From contig NC_043002.1 in NCBI RefSeq assembly GCF_006345805.1, positions 4,092,001 through 4,156,000 on the forward strand: a DNA stretch of 64,000 nt, given 5' to 3'. The first letter of the stretch is position 1. Each line of letters opens with the position of its first letter. Positions 1-13,525 of this stretch are shown here, piece by piece. Position numbers and translations under genes: made by a program. The notes beneath the pieces were generated by a model. That model was not told the origin of the DNA. It did not search any database and was given only the letters and a program-made list of their open reading frames with translations. This DNA is from Octopus sinensis (Eukaryota).

Positions 1-540
1 GGGCGGTGCGCATGGCAGTAAATATATAAAACTATTTCATTGTAGAGAAAAATCTTTGACTGAAGTCTCTTTTACAATCCATTCATATTACCAGCCTTAC
101 TATCATAGACCAAGTTCTTCAAGTGCTTTCTGTCTGAAAAACCATTTCTTTTCAAAGAGTCATTCTCTCCAGTTCTCCACTGGTTACAGATGCTACAAGT
201 ACACCAAGTTCTTCAATGAAATGTTCTTTGATTTCATTATTTGACACATAGAATATGGACATAGAAGCCAGTTCAGTGTGGACAAACATCTGTAGTCTCA
301 TCAAAAAGAAATGAATATACTGTTGCTGACTTGTCTTTATTTGATATTGATTTTCTTCCATAAATACTGAAAAACTTGATTATGCCATTCTGAATATCGT
401 TTGAAAACATTGACACCAGTGATTCCATTTTCGACGAGGTACATTGTGCCATATCTCGATGGTTGCTGTTAACACTGTCACATTTATCAAACAGTTGGAC
501 CTGTTCAAAGAAGTTTGCTTGGTTTTCTTTTCCATTTTTC
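1..540 (-). pseudogene. Decayed hAT-superfamily transposase fragment (DUF4371/ZMYM1-like), runs off window start
   Basis: Manual minus-strand translation across frameshifts gives YSFLFDETTDV-(fs)-ELASMSIFYVSNNEIKEHF and LVYDSKAGNMNGL*KRLQSKI..LYIYCHAHR. These match hAT motifs DETTD..EQ.S...RYV, YDGAxNMxG and HCxAH. Confidence 0.8.
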
Positions 541-1483
541 TTTTCTGTCTTTTACTGCTTTCAGTCATTAGACTGGGGCCACCATGAAACCATGAGAATT
601 TTAGTTGAGTGAATAGACTCCAGTAATTATTTTTTTAAAGCCTGGTGCTTCTATCAGTCTCTTTTGCTGAACTGCTATGTCGCTGGAATGCTAACACACC
701 AACACTGATTATCAAGCAGTTGTGCATAACAAACACAGATACAAATATAAGCACACACACTCACACACATACATACAACAATTTTCTTCCAGTTCCCCTC
801 TATTGAATCCACTCACAAGGCTTTGGCCTGAGGCAATAGCAAAAAACACTTGTCTAAGATGTCACAAAATGGGAGTGAACCCAGAGCCATTTGGTCTGGA
901 AGCAAACTTCTTACCATACAGCCATGCCTGCACCTTTTGTGGAGAGGAAAAGTATAAAGAAAACATACTAAAATATCAGGCATAATAGATTGTTGTTTGA
1001 CAAATTAAGATGAATTAAGATAAATATTTCAGGACATTGTTACAAATGCAGCTGTTTTCGTGACTTTTTTTCTCAATTTCTCACATTTTCAGACCTTCTG
1101 ATACACTTTCGAACATACTTTGGCGGGGGGGGGGGGGCAATGGATTAATTATTTTCTTGGGTACAGTATCCCCTGCACTTTGGTTACCTAAAGATATGGG
1201 ACTTCACACTTATGGAAATAGTAAAGTATGACCGTTAATTTCAGGAAAGGGTGTAAAATTTTGCCCTTATGGAAACTTAGACTTTAACAATTTAAAAACA
1301 ACACTTTCTTCTTAGCCAAAAAGCCAGTTCTTGGCATTTTAACAAACAATTTGAAAAATTATAATACAAAAAAAGCACATATATACATACATAAATGCAT
1401 GTGTGTATATGTTTTTATTATAGTTTTTCAAATTGTTTGCTATAATTTAATCTTAGCTAAAAGACCCAGAACTGGCCTCTGGG

Positions 1484-1487
<4 letters not shown>

Positions 1488-1529
<42 letters not shown>

Positions 1530-1735
1530 TGAGTATGTGTGAGGCATAATAGACTATTGTTTGACAAATTAAGATAAATGTTGTATGTATGTGTGTGAGT
1601 GTGTGTGTGTGTCTATGTGTGCATGAGTGTGTGCATATGTGTGTGATTGTGTGTATGTGAGTGTGTATATGTGTGTGTGTATATGTGTGTGTGTGTGCAT
1701 GAGTGCATATGCATGTGCATACAAGTATTCGTGTA
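1488..1735. repeat. (TG)n and degenerate TG/TA microsatellite
   Basis: Direct inspection. Confidence 0.95.
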
Positions 1736-1861
1736 TGCATCACTATAAACTCTTACAGTGTGTGAGGGGGAATTTTTCACTGTAAATATTTGTGTGTGTA
1801 TGTATTTTGGGGGGGTTACACTGTCTGTCTATATAAATATCTGTTTGTCATCATCATCACC

Positions 1862-1893
<32 letters not shown>

Positions 1894-2271
1894 CATTGTC
1901 GTCGTCGCCGCCACCACCACCACCATCATCATCATCATTCTTTAACGTCTGTTTTCCATGCTGACATGGGTTGAATCGTTTGATCAGAGCTGGCAAGGCT
2001 GGAGAGCTGCACCAGGTACCAATTTGATTTGGCTTGGTTTCTACGGCTGGGTGCTCTTCCTATTACCAACCATTGTCTGTCTGCATAAATATAAACATAA
2101 GTCAGCCTTCACAACCACCACCATTCACCATTCACCATCAACACCAAAATCAATACAATTACTGCCATTACCAACTTCTTAATGACCAACAACATCAACA
2201 ACAATATTATGAACAAGATAAGCAATTCCATCTAAAATAAATACCATCACATGAGATAATGTGGTATTCAT

Positions 2272-2645
2272 CATCCTCATCCTCATCATCGTTTAACGTC
2301 CGTTTTCCATGCTGGCATGGGTTGGACGGTTCGACCGGGGTCTGGGAAGCCAGGAGGCTGCACCAGGCAACAATCTTGATCTAGCAGTGTTTCTACAGCT
2401 GGATGCCCTTCCTAATGCCAACCACTCCATGAGTGTAGTGGGTGCTTTTTACACGCCACCAGCACAGGTGCCAGGGGAGGCTGGCAATGGCCACGTTCGG
2501 ATGGTGCTTGTTACATGCCACTGGCACGGAAGCCAGTCAAGGTGGTGCTAGCATCGGCCACATATGGATGGTGCTTTTTAGGTGCCAGGGTAGGCTGGCA
2601 ATGGCCATGATCGGTTGGTGCTTTTTACGTGCCACTGGCACAGAA
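2272..2645 (-). mobile_element. SINE-like family C copy ((GAT)n tail, internal ~59-bp repeats)
   Basis: Shares CCACTACACTC..GAGTGGTTGGCGTTAGGAAGGGCATCCAGC..CCAACCCATGCTAGCATGGAAA..GACG.TAAA.GATGATG with many other copies in the window. Confidence 0.85.
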
Positions 2646-3773
2646 TTCTAAAGTATTTTAAAAGTAGAATGAAATGTTTTTGATCTTAAGTCAATGCGGA
2701 TTGACTTAAGACTAAACAGCAACAATAAAACAAAGAAGAAGAATATGACCACTGCAGCCATTAGCAACACCACCACTATCACCAACTCCAAAAATGATGC
2801 AGTCAACACTGCCACTACCACCACCACCACTACCATTTCATTGTCTTTTGAATAACTAACCAGCTCCAACAATAATAGTATTTTCGTGACAGCAATGTCT
2901 GTAGCTACAGATGTTGTATGTCAACACAGTGGTGTTTATGTGTGTAGGAGTAGTGTGTGAATATTTCATGGCTCGACTCAAAGGTTCAAGAAGCAGAATG
3001 CCAATGAACCTGGTAACCCTTCAAGTAACTGTAATCATGCAACACTTCCTCTCACCTTACCCTTTCACACTATCTCTACAGTTACACTTATGACAATTTC
3101 AACTTATTGTAGAAGATACAGACCTAGGTTATTGCACTGTGGGATTGAAGCTACAATGCAGGGCCTTACAGAGAAAACTTAATTACACCACTACATTTGT
3201 CAAAAGAATTTTCTTTTAATATCTCTTCAACCTCAGATAGAAAAAGAGCGACTCTGAAGAGCCTGGTACTTAGCTCAGGCTTCAAGGTGTTAAGTGGATA
3301 ACCTCCTACTTGTCTTAACTACTAGTCTTTTAAATGCAATGTACTTAGATGGAATGGTATGACTTCCTGCTAGCTAGGTAAACTGAGGTTAACATGGAGA
3401 GACTTACACATTGTTAAAACGTAAGCTATTTGATTTTGTAGAATCTTCCTATTAACAATTACAAATTTGTAAATTGTTAACAGAAGAATAAGGAAGATGA
3501 AAGAAAATCATAATAAGTATAGATATTTGTGCATAATTAGAAAATAACAAAATTCTATACGTCTATCTAAATATTGATCTTTTCAAATAACTAAATATAA
3601 TTTCTTAAGGTTAATTAATGTTAAGTTAAATCATTACTTAAATATTTAAGTATAATAGAGCTACAATTAATGAAAAGTTTTTCCAGGGTTTAAAGGAGCC
3701 TCTTCAGACACTGTAAGATGTATGTACATATGTATGTTTGTTTGTGTGTGTGTCATTCTCTCTCTCCATATGC

Positions 3774-3808
<35 letters not shown>

Positions 3809-3813
3809 ATATA

Positions 3814-3849
<36 letters not shown>

Positions 3850-4095
3850 TGTATGTGTGTGTGTGTATATATATAACGATGATGATGATGATGATGATAT
3901 AGGGGCTTGACAAAATAATGGAAACACCTAGCAAAGTAGCATCCTAATTTTGAAATATCTATAAAACCATCAAATCTTGTTTATTTTTATGTTTTTTGAT
4001 TTATTATTAGTGGTGCTTAATATGTTTTGCTAAAATTGCTGTTTCTTTTCAGATATCATCAGAAAAAGGTAATTAAAATTCATTAACCGAAATGT

Positions 4096-4130
<35 letters not shown>

Positions 4131-4137
<7 letters not shown>

Positions 4138-4652
4138 GTATGCATCATGACCATTTTAAAATGCCCGCTGTTTAATTCCATGTGAGATATGGTTAAAATA
4201 TCACCGCAGTAACTACAGTGATGAAATAAATTTAAATTTATATAAATAAGGATAAGATAGTTAATTTAAAATAAAATAACAATTTTATCAAGTGGCCAGC
4301 ATGGAAAAAATAACCTTCAAAGGTAATAATTATTAAAATTATAAATTAGGGTATCTACGAGATACCACCATGCTGAAAATAGCAGCCATGATCTGACTCT
4401 AAAACTACCTTAATTTTCCATATATCAACATGGAGAGAAGCGAAGAGACAAGATGAAACAAGTAAAAGATTACTGGATAATTCTAGATCCCGGATTTCTG
4501 ACTTTGCATTTTGGAATGCATTCTTATTTATCCTTATTTATATAAATTTAGATTTATTTCATCACTGTATTTACTGCGGCAATATTTTGACCATATCTCA
4601 CATGGAATTAAATGGCAGGCATTTTGAAATGGTCATGATGCATACGTGCATA
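4131..4652. mobile_element. Foldback/MITE-like element with ~125-bp terminal inverted repeats, embedded in (TA)n
   Basis: 4131-4256 is the reverse complement of 4527-4652 (TATGCACGTATGCATCATGACC...), about 90% identical by eye. Confidence 0.8.
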
Positions 4653-4960
4653 TATATAATATATATATGTATACGTTCATATATGTAAGTATTCGTATGT
4701 TGTGCTTATATATATATGTATCTATGTTTCTCTTCAGTGTGTATTCTACAGACGAGGCAAAGCATTCCTAAATGCTAAGTCAGAAATCCAGGATCTAGAA
4801 TTATCCAGTAAATTTTTACTAGTTTCATCTTGTCTCTTCATTCCTCTCCGTGTTGATATATGGAAAATTAAGGTGGTTTTAGAGTCAGATCATGGCTGCT
4901 ATTTTCAGCATGGTGGTATCTCGTAGATACCCTAATTTATAATATTATATATATATATAT

Positions 4961-5495
4961 CAAAATCAAAGTGAAATTTGATGACAGACACGAGCACCGT
5001 ACGAGGGTCATCATTGACAGAGCGGCTAACCGGCTTTCGTGCCAGTGGCACATAAAAGGCACCATTTGAGTGTGATTGTTGCCAGCCTCACCTTACTGGC
5101 ACTTGTGCCCCATGCTAGTAGGGTGCTAAGAGCACCATCCGAGCGTGATCGTTGCCAGAGCAGCTAACTGGCTTCTGTGCCGGTGGCATGTAGGAGACAC
5201 CATTCGAGCATGATCGTTACCAGCATTGCCTTACTGGCACCTGTGCCGTTGGCATGTGTAAAAAAAATTTGAGCGAGGTCATTGCCAGTACCGCCTGACT
5301 GGCCCCCGTGTCGGTGTCATGTAAAAAGCACCCACTACACTCTCGGAGTGATTGGCATTAGGAAGGGCATCCAGCTGTTGAAACACTGCCTGATCAAGAA
5401 TGGAGCCTGGTGCGGCCATCTGGTTCACCAGCCCACAGTCAAACCGTCCAAATCATACTAGCATGGAAAGCGGACGTTAAACGACGATGATGATA
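4961..5495 (+). mobile_element. SINE-like family C copy
   Basis: Family C body, internal repeats and GATGATGAT tail. Confidence 0.85.
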
Positions 5496-5889
5496 TGCTT
5501 ACACCCCCACACACACACACACACACAGACATATATATATTTGTGTGAGAATGTGTATAGATGCAGCAGCTTAGACACTTTAGCAAAACTTGAAAGAACG
5601 TATGAAATTATGAGACTTAAAATTTTTCTGTGAGTTTTCTCTCTGTATTTTGATAGAAATTCTTGAAACTGAATTCTTCAAAAAATGATTTTGCAATCAA
5701 TCATTTATTCTGTTTCTCCCTTTTTACTTCCTGTAATTCCATTTAAGAATTCTCTGACACTTCTCTGATTGCTTCTCTCTCTCTCTCTCTCTTTTTCTTT
5801 TAGTCAATCACCCTCTGACATTCCTTTTCTCCTCTCCCCCATTTCCCTGTCTCACCCTGTATCTCTTTCTCCTTGTCTTTCTTTCACTC

Positions 5890-5925
5890 TCCTCCTCCTC
5901 CTCATACTACTACTACTACTACTAC

Positions 5926-5958
<33 letters not shown>

Positions 5959-6336
5959 CCTTTCTTCTTCTTCTTCTTCTTCTTCTCCTCCTCCTCCTTC
6001 TTCTCCTCCTCCTCCTCCTCCTTCTTCTTCTTCTTCTTCTTCTCCTCCTTCTTCTTCTCCTCCTCCTCCTCCTCCTCCTTCTTCTTCTTCTTCTTCTTCT
6101 TCTTCTTCTTCTTCTTCTCCTTCTTCTTCTTCTTCTATTCGTATATTCTTTCATAATATCATCCTCCATGAAATATCTAATAAAGGACGATGAGAGAGGG
6201 AGACCATCTTTCCAAGTAATTCACTTTAAGTGCTTCAAGTGTTTTCATGTTTCAGTCAGCAAAAGGTTAAACAAAAAAATGAAGGCATCAAACAAACAGT
6301 TATAATAAAACCTACTACTACTACTACTACTACTAC

Positions 6337-6370
<34 letters not shown>
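5890..6370. repeat. Compound trinucleotide microsatellites (CTC/TAC/CTT/GCT)
   Basis: Direct inspection; source of the poly-L, poly-R and poly-S/P ORFs. Confidence 0.95.
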
Positions 6371-6439
6371 ATTATTGCCTTGATATTGGAGTTGTATAAG
6401 CACTGTCACGATTATTGCATGTTTTGATCCTCAAAAACC

Positions 6440-6904
6440 TGGTCTAACCCATCCATCTCTTGGTCTAACCCATCCATCTCTTGGTCTAACCCATCCATCT
6501 CTTGGTCTAACCCATCCATCTCTTGGTCTAACCCATCCATCTCTTGGTCTAACTCATCCATCTCTTGGTCTAACCCATCCATCTCTTGGTCTAACCCATC
6601 CATCTCTTGGTCTAACCCATCCATCTCTTGGTCTAACCCATCCATCTCTTGGTCTAACCCATCCATCTCTTGGTCTAACCCATCCATCTCTTAGTCTAAC
6701 CCATCCATCTCTTGGTCTAACCCATCTATCTCTTGGTCTAACCCATCCATCTCTTAGTCTGACCCATCCATCTCTTGGTCTGACTTCATCAATTTCTTGG
6801 TCTAACCCATCCATCTCTTGGTCTAACCCATCCATCTCTTGGTCTGACCCATCCATCTCTTGGTCTAACCCATCCATCTCTTGGTTTGACTTCATCAATT
6901 TCTT
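6440..6904. repeat. 21-bp minisatellite TGGTCTAACCCATCCATCTCT, ~22 copies
   Basis: Direct tandem repetition; variant TGACTTCATCAATTTCTT occurs at 6781 and 6887. Confidence 0.97.
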
Positions 6905-7799
6905 CTAGATAGAAAACAAGAGGAAGAAGGTGGAGAAAGAGAGAGAGAGAAGAAGGGAAGGAGAGAGATAAGGAGGAAGAGAGAGAGAGAGAGAGAATTG
7001 ACCCAGTACTGGACTGCTTCTTTCTTTATTGATCCCAAAATGCTAAAAAAAATCCAAAGCTGATCTTTGTGGAATTTGAACTTAGAGAGGTGGAACAATG
7101 GTGCAGGGCCTTCTATCTGACACCCTAGCATCTCTGTCACTGAACCACTTAACTACTACAACAACAACTATTAAATCATCTTCATCAGTACACAATAGTC
7201 ACACTAATGGCGATTGGATGAGCCTCTATGACCACCAGACAAGCCTCTATGCATTCACTCAGCTGACTTGACATAGCAGCCAAATTTCCCTTAAATCATA
7301 TTCTGCTGTCTTTTGAAAAAATACTTTGGAGAATGTACCCTCTAAAATGCAAAAATAAGACAGGATGATCATGACTGAAGCACTTTCTATCATAAGTCTG
7401 CTGGGTCAGGTGTCTCGGGGTTAAACAACGACAATTGTAGCATTCACTTGGTAGTGTTATAAAAAATAAAATTATAATCCCAACGTAGAAATCCTCATAT
7501 CTCAGATTACCCCCCATCCCTAGAATGTAGGGTAGGATAAACTGCTGTTGAGGCCTTATAACTCACTCATGACATTTAAATGTTAATTGGGAATCAGAAC
7601 ATACCAGAAATGTAATTAAACAAAATAAAGAACAGCAAATAAAACACTCTAACATCAGTACTAATGAATCAATGGGGGAGACTCTACCTGCTTGCTCAGC
7701 CTACTGGAAATAACAGCTAAATTCCCCTCATATTATACACACCTTATTATCTTTATATTAGATAATGTATAATAGTATATTAGATAATGTAAAATAAAA

Positions 7800-8047
7800 T
7801 GTGCCCTTTTAAAGCCTAGCCAGGTTCATGGGCCCAGTTTCCCGGTTTCCATGGCATATGTGTTCCCAAGCTGGACGGGATGCCAGTCCATCAAAGCATT
7901 ATTCATTTTTGCCAGCTGAGTGGACTGGAGCAACGTGAAATGAAGTATTTTGCTCAAGAACACAATGCATCGCCCGGTCCAGGAATCGAAACCACAATCT
8001 TACGATCATGGTGTTGACACCCTAACCACTAAGCCATGCACTTCCAC
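7800..8047 (-). mobile_element. tRNA-head SINE (family D)
   Basis: Minus strand starts GTGGAAGTGCATGGCTTAGTGGTTAGG (A-box-like) and GGTTTCGATTCC (B-box-like). ATTAGATAATGTA flanks both sides (~7779 and 8048), consistent with a TSD. Confidence 0.75.
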
Positions 8048-8184
8048 ATTAGATAATGTAGTCCTAAATAACTGTGAAAAGATAAGTTGTTCACAACTGA
8101 AATACTTTTGATCATATTTTTGCTTTACCAGAACTGATCAAGGATCAATCAATAACAATGACATAATAAACATACACTTAACAC

Positions 8185-10220
8185 TATCAATCACACCATT
8201 AGACTATCAATCTTATCAATCACACCGTTAGACTATCAATCATATCAATCACACCGTTAGACTGTCAATCTTATCAATCACACCATTAGACTATCAATCT
8301 TATCAATCACACCGTTAGACTATCAATCTTATCAATCACACCGTTAGACTATCAATCTTATCAATCACACCATTAGACTGTCAATCTTATCAATCACACC
8401 ATTAGACTATCAATCTTATCAATCACACCGTTAGACTATTAATCTTATCAATCACACCATTAGACTATCAATCTTATCAATCACACCGTTAGACTATCAA
8501 TCTTATCAATCACACCATAGACTGTCAATCTTATCAATCACACCATTAGACTATCAATCTATCAATCACACCGTTAGACTATTAATCTTATCAATCACAC
8601 CATTAGACTATCAATCGTATCAATCACACCGTTAGACTATCAATCTTATCAATCACACCGTTAGACTATCAATCTTATCAATCACACCATTAGACTGTCA
8701 ATCTTATCAATCACACCATTAGACTATCAATCTTATCAATCACACCGTTAGACTATCAATCTTATCAATCACACCATTAGACTATCAATCTTATCAATCA
8801 CACCATTAGACTATCAATCTTATCAATCACACCGTTAGACTATTAATCTTATCAATCACACCATTAGACTATCAATCGTATCAATCACACCGTTAGACTA
8901 TCATCTTATCAATCACACCATTAGACTATCAATTATCAATCACACCATTAGACTATCAATCTTATCAATCACACTGTTAGACTATCAATCTTATCAATCA
9001 CACTGTTAGACTATCAATCTTATCAATCACACGTTAGACTATTAATCTTATCAATCACACATTAGACTATCAATCGTATCAATCACACCGTTAGACTATC
9101 AATCTTATCAATCACACCGTTAGACTATCAATCTTATCAATCACACCATTAGACTGTCAATCTTATCAATCACACCATTAGACTATCAATCTTATCAATC
9201 ACACCGTTAGACTATCAATCTATCAATCACACCATTAGACTATCAATCTTATCAATCACACATTAGACTATCAATCTTATCAATCACACCGTTAGACTAT
9301 TAATCTTATCAATCACACCATTAGACTATCAATCGTATCAATCACACCGTTAGACTATCAATCTTATCAATCACACCATTAGACTATCAATCTTATCAAT
9401 CACACCATTAGACTGTCAATCTTATCAATCACACCATTAGACTATCAATCTTATCAATCACACCGTTAGACTATCAATCTTATCAATCACACCATTAGAC
9501 TATCAATCTTATCAATCACACCATTAGACTATCAATCTTATCAATCACACCGTTAGACTATTAATCTTATCAATCACACCATTAGACTATCAATCGTATC
9601 AATCACACCGTTAGACTATCATCTTATCAATCACACCATTAGACTATCAATTATCAATCACACCATTAGACTATCAATCTTATCAATCACACTGTTAGAC
9701 TATCAATCTTATCAATCACACTGTTAGACTATCAATCTTATCAATCACACGTTAGACTATTAATCTTATCAATCACACATTAGACTATCAATCGTATCAA
9801 TCACACCGTTAGACTATCAATCTTATCAATCACACCGTTAGACTATCAATCTTATCAATCACACCATTAGACTGTCAATCTTATCAATCACACCATTAGA
9901 CTATCAATCTTATCAATCACACCGTTAGACTATCAATCTATCAATCACACCATTAGACTATCAATCTTATCAATCACACATTAGACTATCAATCTTATCA
10001 ATCACACCGTTAGACTATTAATCTTATCAATCACACCATTAGACTATCAATCGTATCAATCACACCGTTAGACTATCAATCTTATCAATCACACCATTAG
10101 ACTATCAATCTTATCAATCACACCATTAGACTATCAATCTTATCAATCACACTGTTAGACTATCAATCTTATCAATCACACTGTTAGACTATCAATCTTA
10201 TCAATCACACCGTTAGACTA
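8185..10220. repeat. 29-bp satellite ATCAATCACACCRTTAGACTATCAATCTT, ~70 copies, with a 718-bp higher-order duplication
   Basis: Head-to-tail tandem units without spacers; diagnostic variants recur at offset 718. Confidence 0.97.
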
Positions 10221-10519
10221 CATATCACAGCAATTAAATCTTAAAACAGTTCTTGGTGTTTGCTTTGTCTGCCCAACATATCCTGGTACAAAAGAAATAC
10301 AAATAATAAGAGACTCAACATCATCAAAAACAAACTCTCTTTACATAACGAACGGCACCAACACCCTCACACACCTCACCACGCTAACTACAATTCCGCT
10401 CCAGGCATCACCTTCCGTTTCACATGTTTAGTTACTTCAGCCACATGGAAACAATTCTGTAACTCTCCTCTGGCCATCTACACCTCATCATCACAACAGA
10501 GATATTCATTAATGGAAAT

Positions 10520-10910
10520 TGCAGCTGTGATACCAGTGCCAGTGACAAGTAAGCGAACCATCCGATCGTGGCCATTGCCAGTGTCGCCCCAACTGGCCTC
10601 CGTGCCAGTGGCACGTAAAAAGCACCATCCGTTCGTGGCCGTTGCCAGCCTCGCCTGGCCCCCGTGCCGGTGGCACGTAAAAAGCACCATCCGTCCGAGG
10701 CCGTTTGCCAGCTCCGTCTGGCACCTGTGCGGGTGGCACGTAAAAAGCACCCACTACACTCACGGAGTGGTTGGCGTTAGGAAGGGCATCCAGCCGTAGA
10801 AACGCTGCCAGATCAGACTGGGCCTGATGCAGCCTTCTGGCTTCTCAGACCCAAGTTGAACTGTCCAACCCATGCTAGCATGGAAAACGGACGCTAAATG
10901 ATGATGATGT
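10520..10910 (+). mobile_element. SINE-like family C copy
   Basis: Family C body and GATGATGAT tail. Confidence 0.85.
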
Positions 10911-11314
10911 ATAATACAAATGAAAAAAACTTTTGGGTACTTCAAATAAGACTAGTAGAATAATTTTCCCTAAGAGACAATAAAACAATTTACAAAATTA
11001 AATAACATTACAAACATCAACACAAATACTACAAAATAATTGTGCATGCATCTCAAATATCACCCAAAGCAATCTTAAGAAAAACATAAGCTAAACTATT
11101 TGACTGAAATGATAAACAACCTAATGAAAACAAAAAACAATACACCAAATCTATACACTAGAGAAATAAAATTCAACATCAAGCAACTAAACAAAGATTA
11201 AATATCTAATTATCTGAGATGAGTTGTTAACAAGATTATCATTTTTCCAGATTATTAACATTATCTCTATAGATGAACATCGAAATAAATATCAAATGGA
11301 AATTGTAGTTGTGA

Positions 11315-11562
11315 TACCTGTGCCGGTGGCACATAAAAAGCACCATCTGAACATGGCTGATGTCAGCCTCGCCTGGCATCTGTGCCGGTGGCACATAAAA
11401 AGCACCCACTACACTCACGGAGTGGTTGGCGTTAGGAAGGGCATCCAGCTGTAGAAACACTGCCAGATCAGACTGGAGCCTGGTGCAGCCTCCTGGCTTC
11501 CTAGACTCCGGTCAAACCGTCCAACCCATGCTAGCATGGAAGGCGGACGTTAAATGATGATG
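11315..11562 (+). mobile_element. SINE-like family C copy (5'-truncated)
   Basis: Family C 3' body and tail. Confidence 0.85.
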
Positions 11563-12109
11563 AAAAACATTTTTTTAATATTTTACATCTACTCTAGTTT
11601 TAAGGCAGCTGATTGACAAAATTGTTAGAATGTCAGATAAAATGCCTTGCAGTACTTATTGCAGCTCTTTATGTCTTGAGTTCAATTCCTGACATGATTA
11701 ATTATTGATTTCATCCATCAGGGTCAATAAAACAAAGTGGCAGTCCAGGACAGTTGATTGGTGAAACAGAACATTCGACAATATTTCTTCTGGCTAGCAA
11801 GGCAAAATGAATTGGCAAAATCATTCGTGTGCTTTGTGACATTTTGTCCATCTTTATGCTCTGAGTTCAAATTCTGCTGGGGGTCGATCTTGCCTTTCAT
11901 CATCTTGGGGTTGATAAAATAAGTACCAGTTGATCACTGGAGTTGATTTAAACATCCCAAACATTACTGGCCTTGTGCCAAAATTTTAAACTAATTTTTC
12001 TTCTGACATTTTAGTTTGAGTACAAATCCATTTCAGGCCAGTTTTGCCTTTCATCGATCTGGTGTCAATAAAATAAAGTACCAGCCCAGGGTGGTGCTCT
12101 GATCAAATT

Positions 12110-12530
12110 GCTCAACTTCCTTAAGCTCTTCACTCCTAATGGAGCATCGGCAATCAGTAATGTTTCTCCACTGCTCTTCTCTCTCAGCTGTTGTTTCTGC
12201 TTCACGCCAATTGGATTCCTACTTTTGCTTGCAGCTTTCTTTCAGGTTTTGTTGCTTCACATCACATTTCCCCAAGGGAGTGCCTTCCTCTCCCAGGTCT
12301 TGTTTTGAATTGTCATCCATGCTTCTGTAACTTTTTCCAAAGTTAAGAGTGTTGGCCCTACACAAACCCATATTTACCTCTAAGAAGGGGTGATCCATGT
12401 AAGTCTGGCCTCTATTCATTGACCTTTCCGGCATGGGAGGCCCAATCTCTGTGGACATAGTTCTCAGGTATACAATCCACTACATCACATCATAGACTGG
12501 ATCTTGTTGGTAGGAAATTCCTAAAGCATT
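12110..12530 (-). pseudogene. Highly decayed 3' end of an RTE-like LINE ORF
   Basis: Fragments ALGISYQQD, WASHAGK and NWREAETTAEREEQWRNITDCRCSIRSEE resemble the RTE C-terminus (ILGIxWxD, WxGH, W.E.E..A.DR..WR...C..RSEE); many stops. Confidence 0.5.
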
Positions 12531-13196
12531 GAACAAAATGTTTTATAGTGTTTATTCTGGGTTTTTTTTTGTTTTGTTTTGTTTAGTTCAGAAGTAGGTG
12601 GGGGAAAGCTTAGTTGTATCTCGCTGGGGCAAGATGGTGCCTAATAAAAAATACACACCAGAAGACCGGCAACGGTAAAACTAGTTCTGTACTCTCAGTT
12701 TTTATATTCTGTAGCCATCACAGATTGTTTATTGACCTAATGGCATGGGAAGAGGAAGACACTTCTTTCTGATTAGTTGCATGCATCACATGTTGTTTGT
12801 ATAGGTGCATAAGTATACTTAGTCTGAAACTAAATATTCCAAGTTCAAATCCAATCTGTTAAAAGGCACATGTTAAAGAATAAAACATTTGATGACACTT
12901 GAAGATCAAAACAATTGAAACCTAATGTAAGTATGATATTTTTTAAATTCTTATATCTAAAAATGAGGTTAATAATCTAAAAATTATCCTCTTATTAATT
13001 AAAGGAGTAAAAAACAACAGAAAAATTGGAATATTTTCAAAAGAAATTTATATCATATTTATAGATTGCATTTTTGAAAAATAATGCATTCCAATCTGTA
13101 TTCAAATATACCAGTTCACTGCATTCCAATATACCTGTGAAACACTATAGAACATTCCTGGACAAACTACAGCCCCATGAGGCTTGCTGAACAACA

Positions 13197-13525
13197 TCAT
13201 CATCATCATCTTCATCATCTTCGTTTAGCGTCCACTTTCCATGCTAGCATGGGTTGGACGGTTCAACTGGGGTCTGGGAAGCCATGGAGGCTGCACCAGG
13301 CTCCAGTCTGATCTGGCAGTGTTTCTACAGCTGGATGCCCTTCCTAATGCCAACCACTCCATGAGTGTAGTGGGTGCTTTTTACGTTCCACTGGCACAGG
13401 TGCCAGGCGAGGCCGGCAAACGGCCACAATCGGATGGTGTTTTTAACGTGCCACCGGCATGGGGTCCAGGCGAGGCTGGCAACGGCCACAATCGGATGGT
13501 GCTTTTTACGTGCCACCGGCATGAA
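13197..13525 (-). mobile_element. SINE-like family C copy
   Basis: Reverse-complement family C body with a (CAT)n run at left. Confidence 0.85.

Noticed and set aside
5769-6305. Long poly-L, poly-R and poly-S/P ORFs and similar YI/VC/HT-repeat ORFs throughout
   Set aside because: Translations of microsatellites.
8185-10220. CRISPR array (29-bp repeats)
   Set aside because: Units are head-to-tail with no unique spacers, no cas genes, and the context is eukaryotic; it is a satellite.
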